DNA of 64,000 bases from Clostridiales bacterium (GCA_012840805.1 DUVY01000060.1:2640-66639); one strand, 5' to 3'; counted from the first letter of the stretch, positions 26,974 through 35,176 are shown. Notes: generated by a model from the sequence alone, not told the origin. Program-made: numbers and translations.

Positions 26974-27094
26974 CGATCGCCTTTTTTGCTTTGTTCTATT
27001 TCTATATCTGATTTTGTTTTGTCTTGTCCGCTTTTTTATATTTATAAAAAGCATTTTTCTTTGATACATTTTTTTATTGCCCTACAAAAATATT

Positions 27095-27667
27095 TTACCC
27101 TTTTGAGTACTTGGTCAACTCCAGCAGCCTGCCTTGATTAAACGCCTTTAGCACGACTTCGGCAGTAATCAGCGTGTTTTGCGGGATTATTATATTTCCG
27201 TTAAAGTCCGTAATCGCTTGCGTTGTGAGCCTACCCAGCAAAAATATATAATCGGCTAGAACTTTGGAAAATGAGCGCGCTTTTGTGTCGGTAATTTCTT
27301 TTTTTATATCGTTATTATCAATCTCAAATTCATTATCTTGTCTGGTTGCCAAAGGCAGCTCAAAATAATCGTTGGAATCATTTTGGTCGCGCGCGGCTGT
27401 ATCTATTTGATTTTGGTCTATGCTTTTGGTTTTATTGATGTTTTCTTTATTGTCAAGATTATTCTTGGGCGGTGTCTGCTTTGTTATGGCGTCGTTAATT
27501 ATTTCTATAACTTGCTCTATTGGCTCGTCTTGCGAAACATTTTGTGTTATTAGCTCTTGAGATTGAGATTTTTTATTTTCAAGACCCAAAGCATCGATAA
27601 AATCCTTCTGGCTTTTTTGCGATACTTCTTTCTCTTGAGAAACATTATCAGTATTTGAAGAATCCAA
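27095..27667 (-). CDS. Hypothetical N/Q/D/K-rich protein with a conserved-looking C-terminal domain; start unresolved (only a TTG, no SD, no ATG in the ORF)
   Basis: The 190-codon open frame has no internal Met. The C-terminus LGRLTTQAITDFNGNIIIPQNTLITAEVVLKAFNQGRLLEL looks like a folded module. Confidence 0.35.
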   Translation of the reverse strand: MDSSNTDNVSQEKEVSQKSQKDFIDALGLENKKSQSQELITQNVSQDEPIEQVIEIINDAITKQTPPKNNLDNKENINKTKSIDQNQIDTAARDQNDSNDYFELPLATRQDNEFEIDNNDIKKEITDTKARSFSKVLADYIFLLGRLTTQAITDFNGNIIIPQNTLITAEVVLKAFNQGRLLELTKYSKG

Positions 27668-27803
27668 ATTAGCTTTTAGATTTTGGTTATTATTTTCTTG
27701 GGGGATAGCTTTATTCTCATTGTTTTGGTTGGACTGTGTCGGCTTGGTTTCGGGTATTTGGCGGGGCGCAGGGCTTTTTTAGTCGAGGGCTTTTTGCGCG
27801 GGG

Positions 27804-28247
27804 TTAGTTTTTTTTTACATATAGCTTTTGCGTTATATCGGTAATCAAAAGACGGTTGCCTATTGATATAATATTGGCGGGATAAATCATCTCGCTTTCA
27901 TTCATCAAAATATACGATACTTTAAAATTTTCCCAAAAAACATCTTTTAAGACGCCAAGCTTGACGCCTTCTTCGTTGTATATCTCAGCGCCCAAAAGAT
28001 GATAGATATCGCGTTTGAGTGTATCGCTTTCCAAAATCGGTCCATTGCCCACAAGCGCGTCGGGACCCACGGCTTTTATGTCCGAGATTTTTATGACAAA
28101 TTCTTTGCCTGTGGAAAACTTATCCGCAAGCACAAGCATTTGGACATAAGACATAGACGAATTAAAAATCGCGTTTTTGACATAATGTATTTTCCCGTTA
28201 TGAATATTAATCAAGGGCTTGTTGATAATATTTCTTAAGCTTTTCAT
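27804..28247 (-). CDS. PRC-barrel-like domain protein (two tandem barrels)
   Basis: SD AAGGAG lies 5 nt before the ATG. Two segments have the PRC-barrel-like pattern (PLINIHNGKIHYVKNAIF..., AEIYNEEGVKLGVLKDVFWE...). Confidence 0.5.
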   Translation of the reverse strand: MKSLRNIINKPLINIHNGKIHYVKNAIFNSSMSYVQMLVLADKFSTGKEFVIKISDIKAVGPDALVGNGPILESDTLKRDIYHLLGAEIYNEEGVKLGVLKDVFWENFKVSYILMNESEMIYPANIISIGNRLLITDITQKLYVKKN

Positions 28248-28392
28248 ATTCGCTCCTTGCTAATTAGATAAAAATATAAATATAATGTAATTATAAATAT
28301 AGTTTTTAGCCCATAATTTATAACCTTTTGTAGTTTAATATGTAAATTTGGCGATAAGTTTTTGTAATTTATATTAAGACAAATTTTAATAA

Positions 28393-28421
28393 TTGACATA
28401 AAAGCAAAATACATTTATATT
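28393..28421 (+). promoter_or_regulatory. Sigma-A-type promoter (TTGACA-17-TATATT)
   Basis: Hexamers and spacing counted directly. It lies 20 nt upstream of the 28441 ATG. Confidence 0.45.
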
Positions 28422-28440
28422 ATAAAAAGGTATTGATGAT

Positions 28441-29118
28441 ATGATTTTGTTAGAAACACACTTACATAATTGTGAGACAAGTCCATGCGCTAGGCTAACA
28501 GCGCAAGAGATTCCCCCAATATATAAAGACTCGGGTTATCAAGCTTTGGCGGTGACCAATCATTTTTCGGCTTATGCCTTGAGTCTGCAAGATGGCGAAA
28601 CGCTTCAAGATAAAGCAAAAAATTTTTTGCGTTATTCTAAGCTTTTAATAGACGAGACAAGAAAAGTTGGGCTCAAAGCTTTTTTGAGTATGGAAGTAAC
28701 GCTTGCGCGTTATCAATGGCAAGACTATTTGGTTTTTGGCGATATAGAGCAAGCAATCCTTGAGCATCCCGCTCTATATTCATATACTCAGGCGCAATTA
28801 TTTGACCTTGCCCAAAAATACGGCTGGGCTGTATTTCAAGCTCATCCTTTTAGACCGGGCTGCACTTTGGGATTACACAAATATATGCACGGAATAGAAG
28901 TTTATAACGGCATTCATAACTCCGAAGAAGTCTATCGCCGTTCGGTCAATTATTGCAAAAACAACAATCTTAAGATGATAGCGGGCGGAGATTTTCACGA
29001 CATTGGGCATCAGGGTAAGGCGGGTATTTATATCCCCGACGATATAGATACGGAAAAACAATTAGCTGATTATCTTATCAACAATCAGCCCGAGTTGTTT
29101 ATAACTAATAATTATTAA
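28441..29118 (+). CDS. PHP-domain metal-dependent phosphoesterase
   Basis: N-terminal ETHLHN (HxH), AVTNHF, and later QAHPFR and GGDFHD motifs. Confidence 0.6.
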   Translation: MILLETHLHNCETSPCARLTAQEIPPIYKDSGYQALAVTNHFSAYALSLQDGETLQDKAKNFLRYSKLLIDETRKVGLKAFLSMEVTLARYQWQDYLVFGDIEQAILEHPALYSYTQAQLFDLAQKYGWAVFQAHPFRPGCTLGLHKYMHGIEVYNGIHNSEEVYRRSVNYCKNNNLKMIAGGDFHDIGHQGKAGIYIPDDIDTEKQLADYLINNQPELFITNNY

Positions 29119-29165
29119 ATTTTTTTCTTTATTTAATATATAAAAATACTAAAGAAGGAGGTCAA

Positions 29166-29190
29166 AAGGCTTAAAAAATCATTAAGCCTT
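29166..29190 (+). promoter_or_regulatory. 9-bp hairpin located between the SD (GGAGG, 29157-29161) and the ATG (29194)
   Basis: aaggcttaa / aaaatca / ttaagcctt. It starts 4 nt after the SD and ends 3 nt before the ATG. Confidence 0.35.
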
Positions 29191-29193
29191 AAA

Positions 29194-30171
29194 ATGCTAG
29201 TTTTGTTTTTATATGTATTATTAATAATGGTTTCATTGATCGCTCTTATCATCCCCGGATACGCCTTAAGAAAAGCTAAGATGTTTTCTGACGGGGCTGT
29301 GAGCGCGTTTGTGTCTTTGCTTTTGTATGTTTGCCAGCCTATGATAACGCTTAGTTCGTTTTTGGAACAAGACGCCGCGCCCACTTCTAAGACGTCGATT
29401 TTTATGGGTTTGTCTTTTTTGTTTTCGCTTGCAGGGCATCTTGTTGTGTTTTTTGTGGCGAAATTAATATTTTTCAAATGGAAAAACAAAGAAAACGCGT
29501 CCGCCTATATATTTGCTACATTTTTAACAAACAGCGGTTTTTTGGGCATACCTTTTATAAAAATGTTGACAGACAAGCCGCAAGCGGTATTGTTTGCCGT
29601 TATATACAATGTTGTGTTTAATATGCTGATATGGACTTTGGGCATTTATCTTTTGACGGGCGACAAGTCGGCGATAAGCGTAAAAAAAGCTTTTATAAAC
29701 CCCGCGATATTGCCCTTGTTTGTGGCCTTGCCGTTGTATTTTTTCCCGCCCATCAACATAATAAGCGGAACGCCCATAGCCAACGCCATAAGCCTTTTGG
29801 CTAATATATCCGCGCCTCTTTCTATGGTAGTGGTGGGGATCAGGCTTGCCGATATGGGCATAAAAGAAGCTTTCAAAGGTTGGGGCAATTATCTAAGCAG
29901 TTTTGTGGGGCTGGTTTTGGCGCCCGCCATTTTGCTAGCGGCGGCGGTATTATTAAAAAACATACCTTATTTTAACCAAAATGATTTGTTATTTTTGGCT
30001 GTGCCCGTAATTTTGATGTCTATGCCGACAGCCGCGTCGCTTGTGGCGTTTGCCGAAAAAACCAACCGCGCCCAAATCGAATCCACTCGTGTGTTTTTGA
30101 CTTCCACAATATTATCGGCGCTGACAATCCCCTTAATAATCTTGGTTGTAGGGGCGGCGGGGTTAATCTAA
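29194..30171 (+). CDS. AEC-family (auxin efflux carrier-like) membrane transporter
   Basis: About 10 TM segments. N-terminal IIPGYALRK and internal FLTNSGFLGIPF motifs are typical of AEC permeases. Confidence 0.7.
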   Translation: MLVLFLYVLLIMVSLIALIIPGYALRKAKMFSDGAVSAFVSLLLYVCQPMITLSSFLEQDAAPTSKTSIFMGLSFLFSLAGHLVVFFVAKLIFFKWKNKENASAYIFATFLTNSGFLGIPFIKMLTDKPQAVLFAVIYNVVFNMLIWTLGIYLLTGDKSAISVKKAFINPAILPLFVALPLYFFPPINIISGTPIANAISLLANISAPLSMVVVGIRLADMGIKEAFKGWGNYLSSFVGLVLAPAILLAAAVLLKNIPYFNQNDLLFLAVPVILMSMPTAASLVAFAEKTNRAQIESTRVFLTSTILSALTIPLIILVVGAAGLI

Positions 30172-30268
30172 ACCTTAAGTATTTGTTTTGATAAAAAATA
30201 AATAATATTTTAATTTAGATGTTAATAAATTAGAAATATTAAGACTTTATTAAAATTTGATAATAATA

Positions 30269-30297
30269 TTGTTTTGATATTTTGGTTGTGCTATACT
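30269..30297 (+). promoter_or_regulatory. Extended -10 promoter (TTGTTT-17-TGcTATACT)
   Basis: Counted directly. It lies upstream of the SPFH gene. Confidence 0.4.
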
Positions 30298-30328
30298 TTT
30301 ATTGTTAAGAAAATATTAGGAGATTGAT

Positions 30329-31408
30329 ATGGCGTTTTTCAAAAGTCAATTACTTAAGGTTATAGAATGGGCGGATAATACTCACGATACAATGGCGTAT
30401 AAATACCCTATTCCCCCCAAAACCCAAATAATGATGGGTTCTCAACTGATTGTGCGGGAATCCCAAGTCGCTATCTTAGTTTCTAGCGGCAAGATAGCCG
30501 ATGTTTTTGAGCCGGGCAGATACAAGCTCAATACAGGCAATATGCCCATATTGACCAAACTAAGATCTTGGAAATACGGCTTTAACTCGCCGTTTGTGTG
30601 CGATGTTTATTTCATTAACACCAAACAATTTATCAATCAAAAGTGGGGCACGGGCAGCCCTGTAATGATGCGCGATCAAGACTTTGGCGTTGTGCAATTT
30701 AGAGGCTATGGCATCTTTTCTTTTAAGGTGTCCGAGCCCGCCGTATTCTTGCGAGAGGTTTTGGGCACTAGCGCGCTATACAAAGTTGACGCGCTTATGG
30801 AGCAGTTAAAGCGCTCCATTGTAAGCGCCATCTCGGAAGCCGTCGCGGCGTCTAACATACCAGCTCTTGATTTGGCGATGAAATATACCGCGATAGGCGA
30901 CAAGGCGGAAGAGATTGTCAAAGCTGACTTTAACAAGACGGGCATTTCTTTGGTCAATCTGGTTGTGGAAAACTTGTCTTTGACCGAAGAGAGCGCAAAA
31001 GCCTTAAACGAAAGAACAAGAATGAATATTTTGGGCAATCCTCAAGAATATACGCAGTATGCCGCGGCTGATTCTATGAAAACCATTGCCGAGAACGCCC
31101 ACAAAGGCGGCGGTATGAACATGGCGGGCACCGCTATGCAAATGGGCGCCGGCTGGGCGATAGGCAGCACTTTTGGCTCGGCTATTTCGGGCTCGGGCGA
31201 AAAAGGCGCGCCGCCTATGGCAGCCGCGATGACAGCTCCCACGGTAGCGTGTTCCCAATGCGGAGCGACCATTAGCGCCAAATCCAAGTTTTGTTCCGAG
31301 TGCGGCGCGAAAACGCCATTTGTTGCCGCGGGCAAATTTTGCTCGGCTTGCGGCAAGCAAAATAAGCCCAAAGCGAGATTTTGCGCAGAGTGCGGAACAA
31401 AATTATAA
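30329..31408 (+). CDS. SPFH/band-7 family protein with C-terminal double zinc ribbon (B. subtilis YdjI-like, COG4260-type)
   Basis: N-terminus FFKSQLLKVIEWAD...YKYP and the SPFH core. An A/G-rich linker precedes CSQCG...CSECG and CSACG...CAECG. Strong SD (AGGAGA). Confidence 0.75.
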   Translation: MAFFKSQLLKVIEWADNTHDTMAYKYPIPPKTQIMMGSQLIVRESQVAILVSSGKIADVFEPGRYKLNTGNMPILTKLRSWKYGFNSPFVCDVYFINTKQFINQKWGTGSPVMMRDQDFGVVQFRGYGIFSFKVSEPAVFLREVLGTSALYKVDALMEQLKRSIVSAISEAVAASNIPALDLAMKYTAIGDKAEEIVKADFNKTGISLVNLVVENLSLTEESAKALNERTRMNILGNPQEYTQYAAADSMKTIAENAHKGGGMNMAGTAMQMGAGWAIGSTFGSAISGSGEKGAPPMAAAMTAPTVACSQCGATISAKSKFCSECGAKTPFVAAGKFCSACGKQNKPKARFCAECGTKL

Positions 31409-31411
31409 AAG

Positions 31412-32611
31412 ATGAAAAGATTTTTTAATCTTGCCGAAGAAATCAAAAAATCCAATAAAAATCCGACACACCAGCCTTCTCAAGAGAGGGTAGTCCAATA
31501 TAAAGACCAGCCCCAAAAAAAGGTATACGATACCTATGGGGGCGAAGTCAAGTTGATTCAGGATGTCGAGCAGGACAAATGCCCTAATTGCGGGGCGTCT
31601 TTGGTATTTTCGCCAAAATCCCAAAAACTTTATTGCGATTATTGCAATAACGAGTTTGAGATTATATCCCAAAAAAGCGCCGAAATTGTTTTGGATTTTT
31701 CTCTTGACAAACACAAAAAATGGAACGAAGAAACAAGGGTAAGCCATTGCGATAGTTGCGGCGCCGAGTTTGTCTTTGACAAGGACGAGTTTGCCAAACT
31801 TTGTCCTTTTTGCGATTCGCCTAGCGTTACGCGCGTAGAGGATCTGGAGGGCATAAGACCCAACGCGGTCGTCCCCTTTAAACTAACCAAAGCCCAAGCC
31901 AAAGAGTGCTATCAAAAATGGATAAAGCGACGCGTCTTCGCGCCGTCGGCTTTTAGAAAAAATCATTCAATAGACCAATTTAGAGGCGTATATTCGCCAA
32001 GTTGGACATATGACGCCAAGACATTCTCAACTTATAATGGCGTTGTGGGCGATTATTATTATGTGACCGTGGGAACGGGTAAAAACCGCCATACCGTGCG
32101 CAGAACGCGATATAGAAACGTAAGCGGAAGGCACGAGGCTATATTTGACGATATTAATATTAATTCCAGCCGTCAAATAAGCGATAGGGATTTTGCCAAG
32201 CTAAAACCCTTTAACACCCAAGACAGCGTGGAGTATAAGCGTCAATATCTGGCAGGATACACGGCGGAACACTATAAAAAATCTCTCAATGAAGGCTGGG
32301 CGGAAGCCTTGAACGTCATCAATAACTCTATCAGGTCAAGCATCATAGCGTCGCTTCATTGCGATGTGGTAAGTTATATTAATATCACCACCCAATATAA
32401 CGATAAGACATTTAAGTATGTGTTATTGCCTATTTATGTCGCCAACCACCTATATAAGCAAAAACAATATTATACATATATTAACGGCAGCACGGGCAAG
32501 GCGGTGGGCAAAGCGCCCGTATCCGCGCCCAAGATAGTAGGTTTTTTGATAGGGCTATTGGGCGGAATCGCTTTGATAGCATTTTTGCTGGACTTTTTGC
32601 AAATAATATAA
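31412..32611 (+). CDS. Double zinc-ribbon protein with C-terminal TM anchor (YdjG-like)
   Basis: CPNCG...CDYC and CDSCG...CPFC ribbons. C-terminal TM segment IVGFLIGLLGGIALIAFLLDFL. The ATG lies 3 nt after the upstream stop. Confidence 0.55.
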   Translation: MKRFFNLAEEIKKSNKNPTHQPSQERVVQYKDQPQKKVYDTYGGEVKLIQDVEQDKCPNCGASLVFSPKSQKLYCDYCNNEFEIISQKSAEIVLDFSLDKHKKWNEETRVSHCDSCGAEFVFDKDEFAKLCPFCDSPSVTRVEDLEGIRPNAVVPFKLTKAQAKECYQKWIKRRVFAPSAFRKNHSIDQFRGVYSPSWTYDAKTFSTYNGVVGDYYYVTVGTGKNRHTVRRTRYRNVSGRHEAIFDDININSSRQISDRDFAKLKPFNTQDSVEYKRQYLAGYTAEHYKKSLNEGWAEALNVINNSIRSSIIASLHCDVVSYINITTQYNDKTFKYVLLPIYVANHLYKQKQYYTYINGSTGKAVGKAPVSAPKIVGFLIGLLGGIALIAFLLDFLQII

Positions 32612-32653
32612 AATGTTTCGGTGACTTTGAAACATAAATCGGCCTAATTTATC

Positions 32654-32681
32654 TTTACATTTTGGCAATGTGTGTTATAAT
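32654..32681 (+). promoter_or_regulatory. Sigma-A-type promoter (TTTACA-16-TATAAT with upstream TG)
   Basis: Counted directly. Confidence 0.5.
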
Positions 32682-32716
32682 TTAATATAATTTTCTAAAA
32701 GGAGTTTTTTGAAAAA

Positions 32717-32938
32717 ATGACTATAACCAAGGATATGACTATATATGAAATTTTAAAGCTTGATAGCGGGGTCGCGCCAGTTTTCTATGGCTTTGGAATG
32801 CATTGTCTGGGTTGCCCTATCTCAAGCGGGGAAACGCTGGAACAAGCGGCGGCGGCGCACGGTATTGATGTGGGCGTGATTTTGGAAGAGCTTAATAACT
32901 ACTTTGAGGACAAAGAACTTGATGACGATGAAGAATAA
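32717..32938 (+). CDS. DUF1858 / hybrid-cluster-protein-associated redox disulfide domain protein
   Basis: MTIYEILKLDSGVAPVFYGFGMHCLGCPISSGETLEQAAAAHGID, including the CxxC signature. Confidence 0.7.
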   Translation: MTITKDMTIYEILKLDSGVAPVFYGFGMHCLGCPISSGETLEQAAAAHGIDVGVILEELNNYFEDKELDDDEE

Positions 32939-32955
32939 AAATTAAAATAATATGT

Positions 32956-32985
32956 AAGACCCGATTATATCGGGTCTTTTTTTTA
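32956..32985. terminator. Bidirectional rho-independent terminator
   Basis: aagacccgat / tat / atcgggtctt followed by T8. Confidence 0.7.
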
Positions 32986-32987
32986 GA

Positions 32988-33350
32988 TTAGCGCAAGAAT
33001 TTGCATACATTAAACAAGTAGCAACATCTTCTTTGGCAACAATCTTTATGGCCGTCAAATTTGTCGCATTTATCTTTGCCGTCAAATTTGTCGCACTTAT
33101 CTTTGCCGTCAAACTTATCGCCATAATCATGGTCTTTTTTCTCAAAGCAGATGCACTCTAGCTTTTGAGGTTTTGGAGGGCAAGGATGGCAGCATGGGAA
33201 CTTGGGTTTGCAAGGGTCATATTTTTTGTCCTCGTAACCTTTGTCATAACCATAACTGTCATAACCTTTGGAGTCTTTCTTATCGCCGTAATTGTCATAA
33301 CCTTTTTGGTCGTGTTTGCCATAATCGTATTGGTCGTAGTCGCAACTCAT
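32988..33350 (-). CDS. Y/D/K/G-rich, Cys-containing low-complexity protein with tandem GKDKCDKFD repeats (CotC/CotU-like composition)
   Basis: SD AAGGAG upstream. MSCDYDQYDYGKHDQKGYDNYGDKKDSKGYDSYGYDKGYEDKKYD..., a PCKPKFPCCHPCPP core, and 3 x DKFDGKDKC. Confidence 0.55.
   Translation of the reverse strand: MSCDYDQYDYGKHDQKGYDNYGDKKDSKGYDSYGYDKGYEDKKYDPCKPKFPCCHPCPPKPQKLECICFEKKDHDYGDKFDGKDKCDKFDGKDKCDKFDGHKDCCQRRCCYLFNVCKFLR
33051..33122. repeat. 27-bp tandem repeat (2 full copies plus 1 partial) inside the CDS
   Basis: gccgtcaaatttgtcgca[t/c]ttatcttt occurs twice, followed by gccgtcaaacttatcgcc. Confidence 0.85.
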
Positions 33351-33433
33351 ATATTTTTTACTCCTTTTATTGATTTTTTATGTAGGTAAAAAAATATGAG
33401 TTTTTAGTTATGTAATATAAGAAAAACTTAAGT

Positions 33434-34060
33434 TTATTCCGATTTGATATCGCCTGGCGAGTTGATATAATCTTGAGATGTTTTGATAATTTCAGAGTCC
33501 ATATATTGATTTGGCTTGATACTTGTTTGGGTTATTATGGGCGTTTGTATGTTTATTGAGGATTCTTGCGGGTTGTTAGGCGTAGATGTCGCATTATTGA
33601 TTAGTCCCGAGTAATTATTGATTATGGACTGCTGATTAGAAAGGATAGCTTGGGTATTAGCTAGCGGTCGCTGGTTAATGGCGTTTGTGCCCAATAAAGT
33701 CGCGGGGAACAAAAGATCCGCCTCGCAAACGCAAGCGTTCAGCGTTACGCAAAAATCCTCGTTTGACGGGGACAAAAATATTGGCACGCATTCGCATCTA
33801 AACAAAAAGTTCCCGTCGGGAAGATTAAACACCGCCGTCCCGAATATATCCGTCCGTCTAAAAATTACCCGTCCGCTATCGCAAAATGTGCAAGAGACTA
33901 TCGCCCCTCTTACGGGAACATTGTTAGAGGCTATAAAGACATAACACCTAACTTGGTTTCGTATTCTTCTTCGTCTATTTCCGCGCGAACGACAACGCGG
34001 GCAACACTGCGAACAACGCTGCGAACAACATTGCGGACAACAACAATGGCAATTACTCAT
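33434..34060 (-). CDS. Cysteine-cluster protein (10 Cys in the first 23 aa) with a prealbumin/CarboxypepD_reg-like beta-sandwich segment and an N/Q/S/T/I-rich tail
   Basis: MSNCHCCCPQCCSQRCSQCCPRC. The segment VPVRGAIVSC...RRTDIFGTAVFNLPDGNFLF fits the beta-sandwich pattern. The SD is weak. Confidence 0.45.
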   Translation of the reverse strand: MSNCHCCCPQCCSQRCSQCCPRCRSRGNRRRRIRNQVRCYVFIASNNVPVRGAIVSCTFCDSGRVIFRRTDIFGTAVFNLPDGNFLFRCECVPIFLSPSNEDFCVTLNACVCEADLLFPATLLGTNAINQRPLANTQAILSNQQSIINNYSGLINNATSTPNNPQESSINIQTPIITQTSIKPNQYMDSEIIKTSQDYINSPGDIKSE

Positions 34061-34160
34061 ACTTCATTATTATGCTGTTAGATATATTTGTGTGTTTGAT
34101 TTTTTGGATAAAAACCCTTATAATATTTAGGTCACAAAATACAACGCCAAATAAAAATCC

Positions 34161-34189
34161 TTGACATAGTTTTTGGTATGTGCTAGATT
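34161..34189 (+). promoter_or_regulatory. Promoter of the rpmG-secE-nusG cluster (TTGACA-17-TGcTAGATT)
   Basis: Counted directly. Confidence 0.5.
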
Positions 34190-34264
34190 ATATAGAGCAC
34201 CCTCGGGGTGTTATTTTTAACATTGCGACAAATAATAAAATTAATAGATTAAAGAAGGAAAGCA

Positions 34265-34414
34265 ATGCAGGACAAAATTACATTGGCTTGCACGGTATGC
34301 AAGCAACGCAATTATGATACTTTCAAAAACAAAAAAAACGACCCTCAGCGTATTGAGTTAAACAAATATTGCAGATTTTGCCGCAAGCATACCCTGCATA
34401 AAGAAACAAAATAA
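34265..34414 (+). CDS. rpmG: 50S ribosomal protein L33 (below the ORF-track cutoff)
   Basis: Hand translation gives [49 protein letters not shown]. This is the CxxC...CxxC L33 signature in the canonical position before secE. Confidence 0.9.
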   Translation: MQDKITLACTVCKQRNYDTFKNKKNDPQRIELNKYCRFCRKHTLHKETK

Positions 34415-34428
34415 TTAAGGGGATAATT

Positions 34429-34635
34429 ATGGCAGAGAAGAAAAAGGGCAGAATAGGCAGATGGTTCAAAGAAATGGGTAGCGAGCTCAAAAAAGTTATT
34501 TGGGCAAAACCCGCCGCCGTATTGAAACAAACAGGCATAGTTTTTGCCGTGGTTGGTTTTTTTATTCTTGCCGTCTGGCTTATTGACCTTGGCTTGTCGC
34601 AAGTTTATCAATTATTGATAAGAAACTTGGTATAA
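34429..34635 (+). CDS. secE: Preprotein translocase subunit SecE
   Basis: KEMGSELKKVIWAKP followed by a single TM segment. Conserved rpmG-secE-nusG synteny. Confidence 0.85.
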   Translation: MAEKKKGRIGRWFKEMGSELKKVIWAKPAAVLKQTGIVFAVVGFFILAVWLIDLGLSQVYQLLIRNLV

Positions 34636-34639
34636 GGCA

Positions 34640-35176
34640 ATGAAAGAAGATATAATGCAAATGGAGCCCAAATGGTATATCGTCTATACCTATACAGGCT
34701 ATGAAAATATAGTCAAAGACAGCTTGGAGAAGTTGATTGAGAAAAACAACCTTCAAGACCGTATTTTAGATATCCAAATCCCAATGGAAGATGTAATAGA
34801 GGAGAAAAACGGCAAGCGCAAAATCGTAGCCCGCAAAAAATTTCCTTGTTATGTCATGCTTAAGATGCGATATACCAATGATATGTGGCATCTTATAACC
34901 GGCACGCGCGGCGTTATCAGCTTTGTTGGACCTCAAGGCAGACCTATGCCCTTGACTGATGAAGAAATCCGCCGTATGCGTTTGGAAAAAGTCACTATCA
35001 ATATTGACTTTAAGGTAGGCGACAAGATAAAGATAGTGGAAGGACCTTTGGCGGATTTTATCGGCGATATAATTGAGATTGATTTGAACAACTCAAAATG
35101 CAGAGTCAATGTCAATATGTTTGAGCGTATCACGCCGGTAGAATTGGATATAAGCCAAATCGCCAAACTAGATTAG
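34640..35176 (+). CDS. nusG: Transcription termination/antitermination factor NusG (the start may be 34655 or 34661)
   Basis: KWYIVYTYTGYEN NGN domain and a KOW motif (VGDKIKIVEGPLADFIGDI). Confidence 0.9.
   Translation: MKEDIMQMEPKWYIVYTYTGYENIVKDSLEKLIEKNNLQDRILDIQIPMEDVIEEKNGKRKIVARKKFPCYVMLKMRYTNDMWHLITGTRGVISFVGPQGRPMPLTDEEIRRMRLEKVTINIDFKVGDKIKIVEGPLADFIGDIIEIDLNNSKCRVNVNMFERITPVELDISQIAKLD

Noticed and set aside
27668-27815. A single frameshift at the A9 run fusing the PRC-barrel ORF to the downstream ORF
   Set aside because: I translated all three frames by hand. The +1 frame runs 45 codons and stops. The frame of the downstream ORF has an in-frame TAA (GAC TAA) just after the A9 run. 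No single slip joins the two ORFs.
31004-31455. Two overlapping minus-strand ORFs (118 and 137 aa)
   Set aside because: They are antisense to the GC-rich Ala/Gly/Cys linker and zinc-ribbon region of the SPFH gene. They are an artefact of local GC content.
33051-33122. 27-bp direct repeats as a possible CRISPR or attachment site
   Set aside because: The copies are contiguous with no spacers, and they are in frame, encoding GKDKCDKFD units of the CotC-like protein.
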